From Celeribacter sp. (GTDB lineage: Bacteria > Pseudomonadota > Alphaproteobacteria > Rhodobacterales > Rhodobacteraceae), in contig NZ_JBLXHL010000003.1 in NCBI RefSeq assembly GCF_048259695.1, forward strand, positions 358,304 to 422,303: a DNA stretch of 64,000 bases, given 5' to 3'. The position numbers and the translations under genes were made by a program. Positions 39,127-48,611 of the stretch are shown here, one piece after another. Every line of letters begins with the position of its first letter. Within the stretch, counting starts at the first letter, position 1. Under the pieces are notes generated by a model. It had not been told where the DNA came from, did not search any database, and worked only from the letters and a program-made list of their open reading frames with translations.

Positions 39127-41162
39127 GCAGCTCACAAGATCCACTGGTGGTTTTCACCCCGTCCGGCAAACGCGCCCGCGTCCCTGCGGGCACCTCCGTG
39201 TTGGAGGCCGCGCGCTCGATGGGTGTGGACCTTGATAGTGTCTGTGGCGGTCGCGGGATTTGTTCGAAATGTCAGGTGCAACCTGCCTTTGGCGACCACT
39301 CCAAACACGGGATCAGCGCGTCTGAGGATGCGCTGAGCGGGGTCAATTCGGTTGAGGAACGCTACGACCGTGTGCGCGGGCTCAAAACGGGACGGCGGTT
39401 GGGCTGTCAGGCCTGTATTCAGGGCGATATCGTGTTGGACGTGCCGCCCGAAAGTCAGGTCCACAAACAGGTGGTGCGCAAGGCCGCGACCACGCGCCAT
39501 ATCGAAATGGACCCCGCAACCCGACTGTATTATGTCGAGGTCGACCCCGCCGATATGCATGCCCCCACGGGCGACTGGGAACGCACGCAGGCCGCGCTTC
39601 TGGCGCAGTGGTCCATTACGGACGTCACACTCACCCTGCCGATGCTCGCCAAACTACAGGCCGCGCTGATCGCCGCCGAATACAAAGCCACATTGGCCAT
39701 CCACACCGCCCGCGACGGCGCGACGCAAGTCATCGGCGTCTGGGCGGGCTTTGCAGAACCTGCGCTCTATGGCTTGGCCGTGGACCTTGGCTCAACCACC
39801 ATTGCGGCCCACCTCACCGATCTGGTGACGGGCGAGGTCAAGGCCTCGGGCGGGGTGATGAACCCGCAAATCCGCTTTGGCGAGGACCTGATGAGCCGCG
39901 TGTCCTACGCGATGATGAACGCGGGCGGCGCGGGCGAGATGACCCGCGCGGTGCGCGAGGCGATGAACACGCTCGCCGCCGAACTGGCGACCGAGGCCGG
40001 CCTCACCACGGGTGACATTTACGAGGCGGTGTTCGTGATGAACCCCGTCATGCACCATCTGTTGTTGGGCCTTGATCCCACGCCCTTGGGTCAGGCGCCG
40101 TTTGCGCTTGCGACCAATTCGGCGCTTGATCTGTCGGCCGATGCCATCGGGTTGGCCTTTGCCGATGAGGCGCAGGTCTATATCCTGCCGCTGATTGCGG
40201 GCCATGTGGGCGCGGATGCCGCCGCTGTGGCGCTGTCGGAAGCCCCGCAAAAAGTCGATCCACTTACGTTGATCGTCGATGTCGGCACCAATGCCGAGAT
40301 CATTTTAGGCAATAAATCCCGTGTCTTGGCCTGTTCATCGCCCACCGGCCCCGCCTTTGAAGGCGCGCAAATCTCAAGCGGTCAGCGTGCTGCACCGGGG
40401 GCAATCGAGCGCGTCGAAATTGATCCCGTCACCAAAGAGCCACGGTTCAAGGTGATCGGCTGTGACCTTTGGTCCGATGACCCCGACTTTGCCACGCAAA
40501 CCGCCGTATCAGGCGTCTCGGGCATCTGCGGGTCGGGCATTATCGAGGCCGTGGCCGAAATGCGCATGGCGGGTCTGGTCGACGCCAACGGGCTGATCGG
40601 ATCGGCCGGGGCCACAGGCACAGAGCGATTGCGCCCTGCGGGCCGCACCCATTCCTATTTGCTCCATGACGGCAGCACCGAGGGCGGCAGCGTCATCGAA
40701 GTGACCCAAGGCGACATTCGCGCCATCCAACTGGCCAAATCGGCGCTCTACGCAGGTGCGCGGTTGCTGATGGATGAATTTGGCACCGATGAGGTCGAGC
40801 GCGTGGTGCTTGCGGGCGCATTTGGCGCGCATATTTCGCCCAAACACGCGATGGTTCTGGGCATGATCCCCGATTGTCCGCTCGCGCATGTCACATCGGC
40901 GGGCAACGCGGCCGGAACCGGCGCCCAAATCGCGCTGTTGAACGTGGCCGCGCGGCGCGAGGTCGAGGCTCTGGTCCACGAGATCACCAAGATTGAAACC
41001 GCCATCGAGCCGCGATTCCAGGAGCATTTCGTCGCCGCAAATGCCATCCCCCACGCCACAGCGCCGTTTGCGGGGCTGCGTGCGGTGGTGCGCCTGCCCG
41101 ATCCTGATTTCAACGCGGGCGGAGGCGGCGGACGCCCGCGCCGTCGCGCAAAACGCGGATAA
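39123..41162 (+). CDS. ASKHA-domain corrinoid reactivation ATPase (RamA/RACo, DUF4445)
   Basis: 2Fe-2[49 protein letters not shown]. Confidence 0.9.
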   Translation: MSSSQDPLVVFTPSGKRARVPAGTSVLEAARSMGVDLDSVCGGRGICSKCQVQPAFGDHSKHGISASEDALSGVNSVEERYDRVRGLKTGRRLGCQACIQGDIVLDVPPESQVHKQVVRKAATTRHIEMDPATRLYYVEVDPADMHAPTGDWERTQAALLAQWSITDVTLTLPMLAKLQAALIAAEYKATLAIHTARDGATQVIGVWAGFAEPALYGLAVDLGSTTIAAHLTDLVTGEVKASGGVMNPQIRFGEDLMSRVSYAMMNAGGAGEMTRAVREAMNTLAAELATEAGLTTGDIYEAVFVMNPVMHHLLLGLDPTPLGQAPFALATNSALDLSADAIGLAFADEAQVYILPLIAGHVGADAAAVALSEAPQKVDPLTLIVDVGTNAEIILGNKSRVLACSSPTGPAFEGAQISSGQRAAPGAIERVEIDPVTKEPRFKVIGCDLWSDDPDFATQTAVSGVSGICGSGIIEAVAEMRMAGLVDANGLIGSAGATGTERLRPAGRTHSYLLHDGSTEGGSVIEVTQGDIRAIQLAKSALYAGARLLMDEFGTDEVERVVLAGAFGAHISPKHAMVLGMIPDCPLAHVTSAGNAAGTGAQIALLNVAARREVEALVHEITKIETAIEPRFQEHFVAANAIPHATAPFAGLRAVVRLPDPDFNAGGGGGRPRRRAKRG

Positions 41163-41209
41163 AAATCGGCAGCGGGACGCTTTTTTTGACGCGCCACGCC
41201 GCATATCCC

Positions 41210-41238
41210 TTGACCCTCTCGCGGGGTTTGACTACCTG
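41210..41238 (+). promoter_or_regulatory. Probable tRNA promoter
   Basis: TTGACC-N17-TACCTG ending 11 bp before the tRNA. Confidence 0.5.
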
Positions 41239-41249
41239 TCTGCGCATGA

Positions 41250-41323
41250 GCGGGTATGGTGAAAAGGTATCACGGCAGCTTCCCAAGCTTTAGTTACGGG
41301 TTCAATTCCCGTTACCCGCTCCA
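41250..41323 (+). tRNA. tRNA-Gly (CCC)
   Basis: Acceptor GCGGGTA/TACCCGC, D stem GTGA/TCAC, anticodon loop TT-CCC-AA, T arm ACGGG-TTCAATT-CCCGT, U73, encoded CCA. Confidence 0.93.
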
Positions 41324-41441
41324 ACCGGTTTCCCCACATAAACCTCCCGACCTGATCCGATCAGGATGCGACGCAACGTTTTGCTGTTGCGTGACGAAAT
41401 GGCGGGCCAAAGTGGGCGCGACAAACGGGAGAGAGACCACG

Positions 41442-41735
41442 ATGAGCGATCCATTTCTAGATATGGCCCGAACCGAACTTTTGGAGCGCCTCAAGGCGGT
41501 CGGATTTGAAAAATCCGTGTCGATGCGGGTCACGGATATTGGCAATATCTACATCCTTGGCCACGACGCGCAGATTTCCGATGAACGGGCGGACGCGGCG
41601 GTGATTGCCTCGCAAGAGACCTTTACCAAAATCCTGCACGGGACGTTGCACCCGATGAAAGCGGTGATGTTCGGCAAGCTCAAGATCGCAGGGGATGCCA
41701 AAACCGCCATGAAATTCGGCAGCCTGTTCGGGTAG
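41442..41735 (+). CDS. SCP2 sterol/lipid-binding domain protein
   Basis: LHPMKAVMFGKLKIAGDAKTAMK; GGAG RBS. Confidence 0.85.
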   Translation: MSDPFLDMARTELLERLKAVGFEKSVSMRVTDIGNIYILGHDAQISDERADAAVIASQETFTKILHGTLHPMKAVMFGKLKIAGDAKTAMKFGSLFG

Positions 41736-41814
41736 CCGGTTCCCTCGATACCTGCGCACAAAAAAGGGCAGAGGCACATCGCCCCTGCCCTGAATTCAGT
41801 GCAATCTCTTGGGG

Positions 41815-43431
41815 TTACACTTTGAGGAACTCGATCAGGTGATGGGTTGAGCCATCCTTGTCCGAGCCGCTTTTGTTGCCTGACAAAACAGGCTGCAACG
41901 CAAGCGCCAACTCTTTGCCAAGCTCCACGCCCCATTGGTCGAACGAGTTGATCCCGAGGATCACCCCCTCGACAAACACGCGGTGCTCATAAAGTGCGAT
42001 GATCTGACCCAACACGAACGGCGTCAGCAATTCATAGGCCAAGGTGGTCGAGGGGCGGTTTCCGGGGAAAACACGGTGGGCCGCCTGACGGTCCAGTTCG
42101 GCGCCCTCGAACCCTTTGGCGGCCATCAACGCACGCGCCTCGTCCATCGAGCGGCCCCGCATCAGCGCCTCGGATTGGGCCAGACAGTTCGAGACGAGCA
42201 ATTCGTGTTGGTGGTCCAGATGGGTCTCGTGACCGAATTTTCCGACCATAAATTCGCACGGGATCACCCGCGTGCCTTGGTGGATCAACTGGTAAAAGGC
42301 GTGTTGGCCATTTGTCCCCGGCTCGCCCCAGACAACGGGGCCGCTATGATAGGGCAACTCTTCGCCATCCATCGAGACGCGCTTGCCGTTGCTTTCCATT
42401 TCCAACTGTTGGAAATAGGCGGGCAGACGCACGAGGCGTTGCTCATAGGGCAAGACCGCGCGGGTCGCATGGCCACAGATCTGGTTGTGCCACACCCCCA
42501 CAAGAGCGAGCAGCATCGGCAGGTTGTCTTTGGGTGCTGCGGTGCAAAAATGCACGTCCATCGCCTGCGCGCCACGCAGGAATTCGGCAAACCGCTGTGG
42601 CCCGATGGCAATCATCAAGGACAGGCCAATCGGCCCCCAAAGCGAATAGCGACCGCCCACCCAGTCCTCGAACCCGAACACCAGATCGGGATCAATGCCA
42701 AAGGCGGCGGTTTTGTCCTTGGCGGTGGACAGGGCGGCGAAATGTTTGGAAATACCTTCCTCGCCGATATGCGCGACAAGCCAGTCACGCGCGGTTTGCG
42801 CGTTGGTCATCGTCTCGATTGTCGTAAAGGTTTTGGAGGCGACAACAATCAGCGTGGTCTGCGGGTTCACACGGGCCAGAATGTCATGGATATGGGCGCC
42901 ATCGACGTTGGAGACAAAGTGACAGTTCGGGCCATCGACATAGGGTTTAAGCGCCTCATAGGCCATCACAGGGCCAAGGTCGGACCCGCCAATGCCGATA
43001 TTCACGATGTTTTCAAAGGGCGATCCCGACACGGATGAAATGTCGCCGCGCCGTACGCGGTCGGCAAAATCATCCATACGCGCCAGAGTGTTGCGCACTT
43101 CGGGCATCACATCTTTGCCGTCGACAACCACCGGACCACCGTCAAGGTTGCGAAGCGCGGTGTGCAACACGGCGCGGCCTTCGGTGTCGTTGATCTTTTC
43201 ACCCGCGAACATCGCATCACGTTTTTCGGCCACACCCGCCTGATCAAGCAGCGCAAGAAGCGCCTCACGCACCGGTGCGTCGATGTTGGTTTTGGCATAA
43301 TCGAACAACAGCCCGTCGACCGAGGCCGAAAAGGACGTGGCGCGCGTTTTGTCCGCATCGAACAGATCAAGCATTTGACGCGATCCAACCGAAGTATGGA
43401 GGGCTTTCAAAGCGGAAAAATCAACGGGCAT
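41815..43431 (-). CDS. pgi: Glucose-6-phosphate isomerase
   Basis: GIGGSDLGP, ASKTFTT.ET, WVGGRYSLWG, QQLEMESNGK, FDQWGVELGK. Confidence 0.98.
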   Translation of the reverse strand: MPVDFSALKALHTSVGSRQMLDLFDADKTRATSFSASVDGLLFDYAKTNIDAPVREALLALLDQAGVAEKRDAMFAGEKINDTEGRAVLHTALRNLDGGPVVVDGKDVMPEVRNTLARMDDFADRVRRGDISSVSGSPFENIVNIGIGGSDLGPVMAYEALKPYVDGPNCHFVSNVDGAHIHDILARVNPQTTLIVVASKTFTTIETMTNAQTARDWLVAHIGEEGISKHFAALSTAKDKTAAFGIDPDLVFGFEDWVGGRYSLWGPIGLSLMIAIGPQRFAEFLRGAQAMDVHFCTAAPKDNLPMLLALVGVWHNQICGHATRAVLPYEQRLVRLPAYFQQLEMESNGKRVSMDGEELPYHSGPVVWGEPGTNGQHAFYQLIHQGTRVIPCEFMVGKFGHETHLDHQHELLVSNCLAQSEALMRGRSMDEARALMAAKGFEGAELDRQAAHRVFPGNRPSTTLAYELLTPFVLGQIIALYEHRVFVEGVILGINSFDQWGVELGKELALALQPVLSGNKSGSDKDGSTHHLIEFLKV

Positions 43432-43580
43432 ATAGCGGTCCTAACGTTCATCAAGGTTGTGGTAGGTGACTTACGATAAAAGTGTTACTAGGGGCCAAAC
43501 AACCCGAAGTTATTTCTACGCAGGTCGGTATTCGGTCTTCAGCGGTGTAATTGGTGCGATGTCGCGCAGAGATCTGCGCG

Positions 43581-44252
43581 TCACGGCGCCCAATGCACGG
43601 TGGCTTGGGACAAAAACACCGACACGGGTGCCTCCATCGGCGACAAGGTTGCGGCACGTTCCAACGCGGCGCGTTTTTCATCGCCCGTAATCAGGATATG
43701 GGTCGACATCGCGGATTTCAACGCCTTGGCGGACAGGGTAATCCGCGGTTCCGGCGCATTCGGCGCCCGCATCGCCAAAAGCGTTGGCGCATCGGCGGAC
43801 AGACCCAATTCCAACTGATCGGCCTCGGGAAACAGGCTTGCGGTGTGCATATCCGCGCCCATGCCCAACAGCAAAACATCGAGCGGCAATGTCGCCTCGA
43901 CGGCGGCCATCAACCCGTCCAACCCCTCCTCGGGTGTTGGTGTATCGGCGTAAAGCGGGACAAGCGTGGCCCGGGCGGCCTCGCCCACCAACAGGCGCTG
44001 TTTGAGCAAGGTGGTGTTGGAGCGCTCGGAGGTTTCAGGCACCCAACGTTCGTCATTGAGCAACACGTCCACACGGTCCCAGTCAAGCGACACCCCCGAC
44101 AGCGTGTCAAACACCGGACCCGGCGTTGTCCCGCCCGGAACACACAGCGACGCGCGGTCGTTCACCTCAAGGGCGGCGCGCAGCTCACCGGCGATTTTAT
44201 CCGCAAGATCAAGCAGTAGCGCCTCGCGGTCAGGGTATTCTACGATGTTCAT
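43581..44252 (-). CDS. pgl: 6-phosphogluconolactonase
   Basis: PGGTTP, DERWV, LGMGADMHTASLFP, RITLS; ATGA overlap with zwf. Confidence 0.95.
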   Translation of the reverse strand: MNIVEYPDREALLLDLADKIAGELRAALEVNDRASLCVPGGTTPGPVFDTLSGVSLDWDRVDVLLNDERWVPETSERSNTTLLKQRLLVGEAARATLVPLYADTPTPEEGLDGLMAAVEATLPLDVLLLGMGADMHTASLFPEADQLELGLSADAPTLLAMRAPNAPEPRITLSAKALKSAMSTHILITGDEKRAALERAATLSPMEAPVSVFLSQATVHWAP

Positions 44253-45703
44253 TCCTTGATCTCCCGCCACCGGCGTCCCTCGCGATGCAGCATCATGGCC
44301 GCATCTTCGGGTCCGTTGGAATAGGCATCATAAAGTTTTGGCACATCGTTACGCGCCTCCCAACCATTGATCAACGGATCGGTCCATGCCCATGCCGCCT
44401 CGACCTCGTCGCCGCGCATAAACAGCGTCTGGTTGCCACGGATCACGTCCATGATCAGCCGCTCGTAGGCGTCCGGAATGTCGTCGGCCTCTTCGCCCAA
44501 AGCATCGGCAAAGCTCATATCAAGCGGCACATCAATCAAACGCATCCCGCCCGGACCCGGCTCCTTGATCGTCACCTTGAGGGTCATGCCCTCATTGGGC
44601 TGCAAGCGAATGGTGAGCACGTTGGCATGGCGCCCTGCGTCCTCGCCGAAAATCGAGTGCGGCGCATCTTTGAACACCACGGCGATCTCGGAGGTACGGG
44701 CCTTTAGCTTTTTACCGGTGCGCAGGTAAAACGGCGTGCCGGCCCACCGCCAGTTGGAAATGAGACAGCGCAGCGCGATATAGCTTTCGGTGCGTGAGCG
44801 CGGGTCGCCCGCATCATCACGGTAGCTCGGCTCATCGTCTTTGGCGTCATACTGGCCGCGCACAATATGGTGGTGGTCGATATCGTCCAGAGCGCGGATA
44901 ACTTTGAGCTTTTCGTCACGCACGGAATCCGGTTCGAACCGTGAGGGCGGTTCCATCGCGATCAGGCACAGAAGCTGCATCAGGTGGTTTTGCACCATAT
45001 CGCGCATTGCACCCGATTTGTCGTAATATTCGCCACGCCCACCGACGCCAACGGTTTCGGCCACGGTGATCTGGATGTGGTCGACGTATTGCGAATTCCA
45101 AAGTGGCTCGAACAGGATATTGCCGAACCGCACGGCCATCAGGTTTTGAACCGTCTCTTTGCCCAGATAGTGGTCGATGCGGTAAATCTGTGTCTCGTCG
45201 AAATGCTCGGCCAGAACAGCGTTGAGGGCCTTGGCACTGGCAAGATCGCGGCCAAAGGGTTTTTCGACCACAATGCGGCTCTCGTCATCGGCGATTTTGA
45301 AATCGTGCAGACGCTTGGCCAAATCACCGAACAGGCTCGGAGCCACGGAGAAATAGAACGCCTTGACCACGCCGTCGCGCATCAGGTCGCGCAGTTCGCT
45401 CCAACCGCCCTTCCCCTTTGCGTCGATGGTGACATAGTGCAGGCGCTGCAAAAACGCGCCGATCTTATCGTCATCGCAATCGTTCTTTTTGGCGAATTCC
45501 CTGATCGCGTCACGGATCATGTCGCGGTAGGCGTCGCTGTCCATATCCGAACGGGCCGCACCAATGATACGCGCCTCTTCGGGCATCTGCCCCGAACAAA
45601 AGCGGCGGTACAGGCCAGGAAGGATTTTGCGCCGCGCAAGGTCGCCCGTGCCGCCAAAAATCACGAGGTCGAAATCATCAACCGGAATGACACGTGAAAC
45701 CAT
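44249..45703 (-). CDS. zwf: Glucose-6-phosphate 1-dehydrogenase
   Basis: GGTGDLARRK, EKPFG, RIDHYLGKETVQN, DMVQNHL. Confidence 0.98.
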   Translation of the reverse strand: MVSRVIPVDDFDLVIFGGTGDLARRKILPGLYRRFCSGQMPEEARIIGAARSDMDSDAYRDMIRDAIREFAKKNDCDDDKIGAFLQRLHYVTIDAKGKGGWSELRDLMRDGVVKAFYFSVAPSLFGDLAKRLHDFKIADDESRIVVEKPFGRDLASAKALNAVLAEHFDETQIYRIDHYLGKETVQNLMAVRFGNILFEPLWNSQYVDHIQITVAETVGVGGRGEYYDKSGAMRDMVQNHLMQLLCLIAMEPPSRFEPDSVRDEKLKVIRALDDIDHHHIVRGQYDAKDDEPSYRDDAGDPRSRTESYIALRCLISNWRWAGTPFYLRTGKKLKARTSEIAVVFKDAPHSIFGEDAGRHANVLTIRLQPNEGMTLKVTIKEPGPGGMRLIDVPLDMSFADALGEEADDIPDAYERLIMDVIRGNQTLFMRGDEVEAAWAWTDPLINGWEARNDVPKLYDAYSNGPEDAAMMLHREGRRWREIKE

Positions 45704-45795
45704 CGTTCGTCTCCCATTTGCGGGGCGCGATGTGCCGCGTCCGTCCGCTTATGCGTTGTATGTCTAATGCGCCCGAACCGCCGCAAAGCGGATGA

Positions 45796-45807
45796 GTTAG
45801 CGCTAAC
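45796..45807. promoter_or_regulatory. LacI-family-type operator upstream of zwf
   Basis: Perfect palindrome GTTAGCGCTAAC with central GCGC. Confidence 0.55.
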
Positions 45808-45984
45808 GACAGCCGTTTACCCTCGTGACAGACCAAAGTCTAGCTCCCGCGCACCCTCTCACACCCTTGAGATCAAATAAACCTGTTTTCACGTTGTCGT
45901 GGGACACGCGGTGCCGGCTTTCCATCATCCGCCCGATCTTTTACGGTCCGGATTTTACCGTCTGGCGAAACGCATGAGGCACCG

Positions 45985-46950
45985 ATGAACGAGACAGCTA
46001 CAGATCCCGCAGCCCCCGTCACTGCCAACATCGGAAAATTCCAACACGCCGATGTGACCGCCGATGGCAGCGCCCGCGCCCGTGTGGCCTTTAGCGATCC
46101 GCAAACGATCTGGTTCAACACCGGCACGCTGTGCAACATTACCTGTGTGAATTGCTATATCGACAGCTCCCCCACCAATGACGCGCTCGTCTATATCACC
46201 ACCGACGAGGTCAACGCCTATCTGGATGAATTGGACGGCCTGTCGTGGTCGGTGCGCGAAATCGCCTTTACCGGTGGCGAGCCGTTCATGAACCCCGAGA
46301 TGTGCGCAATGGCGCGGGCCGCATTGACGCGGGGCTACGAGGTTTTGATTCTCACCAATGCCATGTTGCCGATGATGCGCCCCACGGTGCGCGAGGATTT
46401 ACGCGCCCTTCAGGCCGACTATGGCGACAAGCTCACGCTACGGGTGTCGCTCGATCACTGGTCCGAGGCCGCCCATGACGCGATGCGCGGCACGGGCAGT
46501 TTCAAACGCACGATCGCGGGCATGGACTGGCTGCGCGATCATGGCCTGCGCATGGCCGTTGCCGCGCGGTCGCTCTGGCATGAAACCGACGCGCAAACAC
46601 GGGCGGGATTTGCCGCCCTTTACGCGACAAACAACTACAACATAGACGCGCAAGACCCCGCCATGACTGTTATTTTTCCGGAAATGGACGAAAGCGTCGA
46701 GGTGCCGGAAATCACCACCGCCTGTTGGGGGATTCTGGATAAATCACCACAAAGCGTGATGTGCGCGTCGAGCCGCATGGTGGTCAAGCGCAAGGGCGAA
46801 GCCCCGTCCGTGGTCGCCTGTACGCTCCTGCCCTATGACCGCGCCTTTGATCTTGGCGCGACACTGGACGGGGCGACGCGCGATGTGGCGCTCAACCATC
46901 CGCATTGTGCGAAATTCTGTGTCCTGGGTGGCGCGTCCTGTTCGGCGTGA
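45985..46950 (+). CDS. Radical SAM protein of unknown function
   Basis: CNITCVNC, FTGGEPF, ILTNA, SLDH; C-terminal HPHCAKFCVLGGASCS. Confidence 0.88.
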   Translation: MNETATDPAAPVTANIGKFQHADVTADGSARARVAFSDPQTIWFNTGTLCNITCVNCYIDSSPTNDALVYITTDEVNAYLDELDGLSWSVREIAFTGGEPFMNPEMCAMARAALTRGYEVLILTNAMLPMMRPTVREDLRALQADYGDKLTLRVSLDHWSEAAHDAMRGTGSFKRTIAGMDWLRDHGLRMAVAARSLWHETDAQTRAGFAALYATNNYNIDAQDPAMTVIFPEMDESVEVPEITTACWGILDKSPQSVMCASSRMVVKRKGEAPSVVACTLLPYDRAFDLGATLDGATRDVALNHPHCAKFCVLGGASCSA

Positions 46951-46989
46951 TCTCCCGAAAACTGCCAGAACACATGGCCCTGAAACGAC

Positions 46990-47017
46990 AAAAGCGCACC
47001 CGAAGGATGCGCTCTTT
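46990..47017. terminator. Terminator between convergent genes
   Basis: AAAAGCGCA..cgaagg..TGCGCTCTTT. Confidence 0.6.
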
Positions 47018-47044
47018 CAATGAGTTCGCCTTTGATCCGTCGAC

Positions 47045-47164
47045 TTAGCGGCGGCGGTCGTCTGTGCGGATCCGGATCGCAGCCCGCTCTTCACGCACCG
47101 GAAGGATATAGGACACAGCGGCCAGTGCAGCGAGTGCGAGAGCGGTCAGTGTGATAAATTCCAT
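47045..47164 (-). CDS. 39-aa small membrane protein (below the ORF-track cutoff)
   Basis: MEFITLTALALAALAAVSYILPVREERAAIRIRTDDRRR; GGAGG RBS; promoter TTGACG-N16-TACCGT (47219-47192). Confidence 0.7.
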   Translation of the reverse strand: MEFITLTALALAALAAVSYILPVREERAAIRIRTDDRRR

Positions 47165-47301
47165 CGGGTATCCTCCGTTTGATGTGATCGAACGGTAGCA
47201 CTCCGCAGTGCAGCGTCAAGGCGATCTTTCGATTTCGGTTAAAATTGGACCTTTTTATGCCGCAACGCCGCAAACCCAAGCAAAAAACCGCCTGAACCGC
47301 G

Positions 47302-47967
47302 TTATTCGTAGCCCAATTTGCTGCGCAAAAACGCCAAAGCCACCGACAGACCCTCGGGTGCGATTCCATGCGCCGTGCCACGATCAATATGGGCAAACAC
47401 CTCTTCGAACCCTGCCGATTGCAGCGCCTGGGCGGCCTCGGGCAGCGATTGTGGTGGTACCACATCGTCCTCGTCACCATGCACCAAGAGCACCGGAAAG
47501 GTCACGCGCGCGTCATCGACAAGCAACTCGGGCTCCAAAAGGCGCCCCGAAAAGCCCACAACCGCCGCCACCGCATCCTCGCGGCGCGGGGCCACATGCA
47601 GTGCCATCATCGTGCCCTGACTAAAACCGACAAGCGCCATCTGGTCAGGCTCAAGGTCATAATCAACCAGAATATTATCGAGGTAATCGTTCAGTTCATC
47701 GACCGCACGCAGCATCCCGTCACGGCTTTCTTCCTCCGATGAGCCGTCAATCCACGGGATCGGAAACCATTGGAACCCCATTGGATTTCCTGTGCATCGT
47801 TCGGGCGCATCGGGGGCCAGAAACACGGTATCGGGAAGGTGCTCGGCCAGTGGATCGGCCAGACCCAAAAGATCGTTCCCGTCCGCGCCATAGCCGTGCA
47901 GGAACACCACCACATTGGACACCCGTCCCGACTGGCTGTCGCGTGTTTTGCTGTCTAGATTTGCCAT
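47302..47967 (-). CDS. Alpha/beta hydrolase (phospholipase/carboxylesterase)
   Basis: FLHGYGADG, GFSQG, HGDEDDVV, HGI. Confidence 0.9.
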   Translation of the reverse strand: MANLDSKTRDSQSGRVSNVVVFLHGYGADGNDLLGLADPLAEHLPDTVFLAPDAPERCTGNPMGFQWFPIPWIDGSSEEESRDGMLRAVDELNDYLDNILVDYDLEPDQMALVGFSQGTMMALHVAPRREDAVAAVVGFSGRLLEPELLVDDARVTFPVLLVHGDEDDVVPPQSLPEAAQALQSAGFEEVFAHIDRGTAHGIAPEGLSVALAFLRSKLGYE

Positions 47968-48590
47968 TACCGTATTCCCTCGCGTGTTTTCTCGACATGG
48001 TAGTAGGCCCACAAAAGCCGCGCTGCAACCGCTCTCCACGGCGACCACGCGGCGGCCATCTCGCGCATGGCCCGCTCTTTGGGGCGCTCGGGCAGATCAA
48101 ACAGCATTCGCGCACTTTCCTGCAACGCCAGATCACCCGGGGCAAAGACATCGGCATGGCCAAGCGAGAACATCGCGTAAATCTCCCCTGTCCAGGTCCC
48201 GATGCCCGACACCCGGGTCAGGGTGGCGATGACCTCATCGGTGGGCGCATCGCGCAACCGTTTGAAATCAATACGTGCCGCGGCGAGCGCCTTGGCATAG
48301 CCGATCTTTTGACGTGACAGGCCGCAGGCGCGTAGATCATCGTCACTGGCCCACATGATTTTGCGCGGCCCCGTGAGTTTGGCCGCTTTGAGCCGTTTCC
48401 AGATGCCATTTGCGGCGGCCACGGAGATTTGTTGGCTGACAATCGCGGACAACAGCTGCTCGAACCCGTCGGCGCGGCGTCGCAACGGCAGCGGCCCTGT
48501 CTTGCTCAAGGCAGAGGCAAACCGCGGCTCAACTGCTGCCAGATATGCCGCCCCTTCGGCGACACAGGCCTCTGTCTCGATGATCCTCAC
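47967..48590 (-). CDS. DNA-3-methyladenine glycosylase II (AlkA family)
   Basis: IVSQQISVAAA, HhH LTRVSGIGTWT, GDLAL, WSPWR. Confidence 0.9.
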   Translation of the reverse strand: MRIIETEACVAEGAAYLAAVEPRFASALSKTGPLPLRRRADGFEQLLSAIVSQQISVAAANGIWKRLKAAKLTGPRKIMWASDDDLRACGLSRQKIGYAKALAAARIDFKRLRDAPTDEVIATLTRVSGIGTWTGEIYAMFSLGHADVFAPGDLALQESARMLFDLPERPKERAMREMAAAWSPWRAVAARLLWAYYHVEKTREGIR

Positions 48591-48611
48591 GCACCCGCCC
48601 TCATAGCGCCC

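Noticed and set aside
41250-41815. tRNA as an island integration site
   Set aside because: No integrase, no duplicated tRNA 3' end and no foreign-looking block.
45985-47164. Radical SAM + 39-aa ORF as a RiPP system
   Set aside because: The genes are convergent with a terminator between them, the peptide is a TM helix without leader/core features, and no SPASM or RRE domain, protease or exporter is evident.
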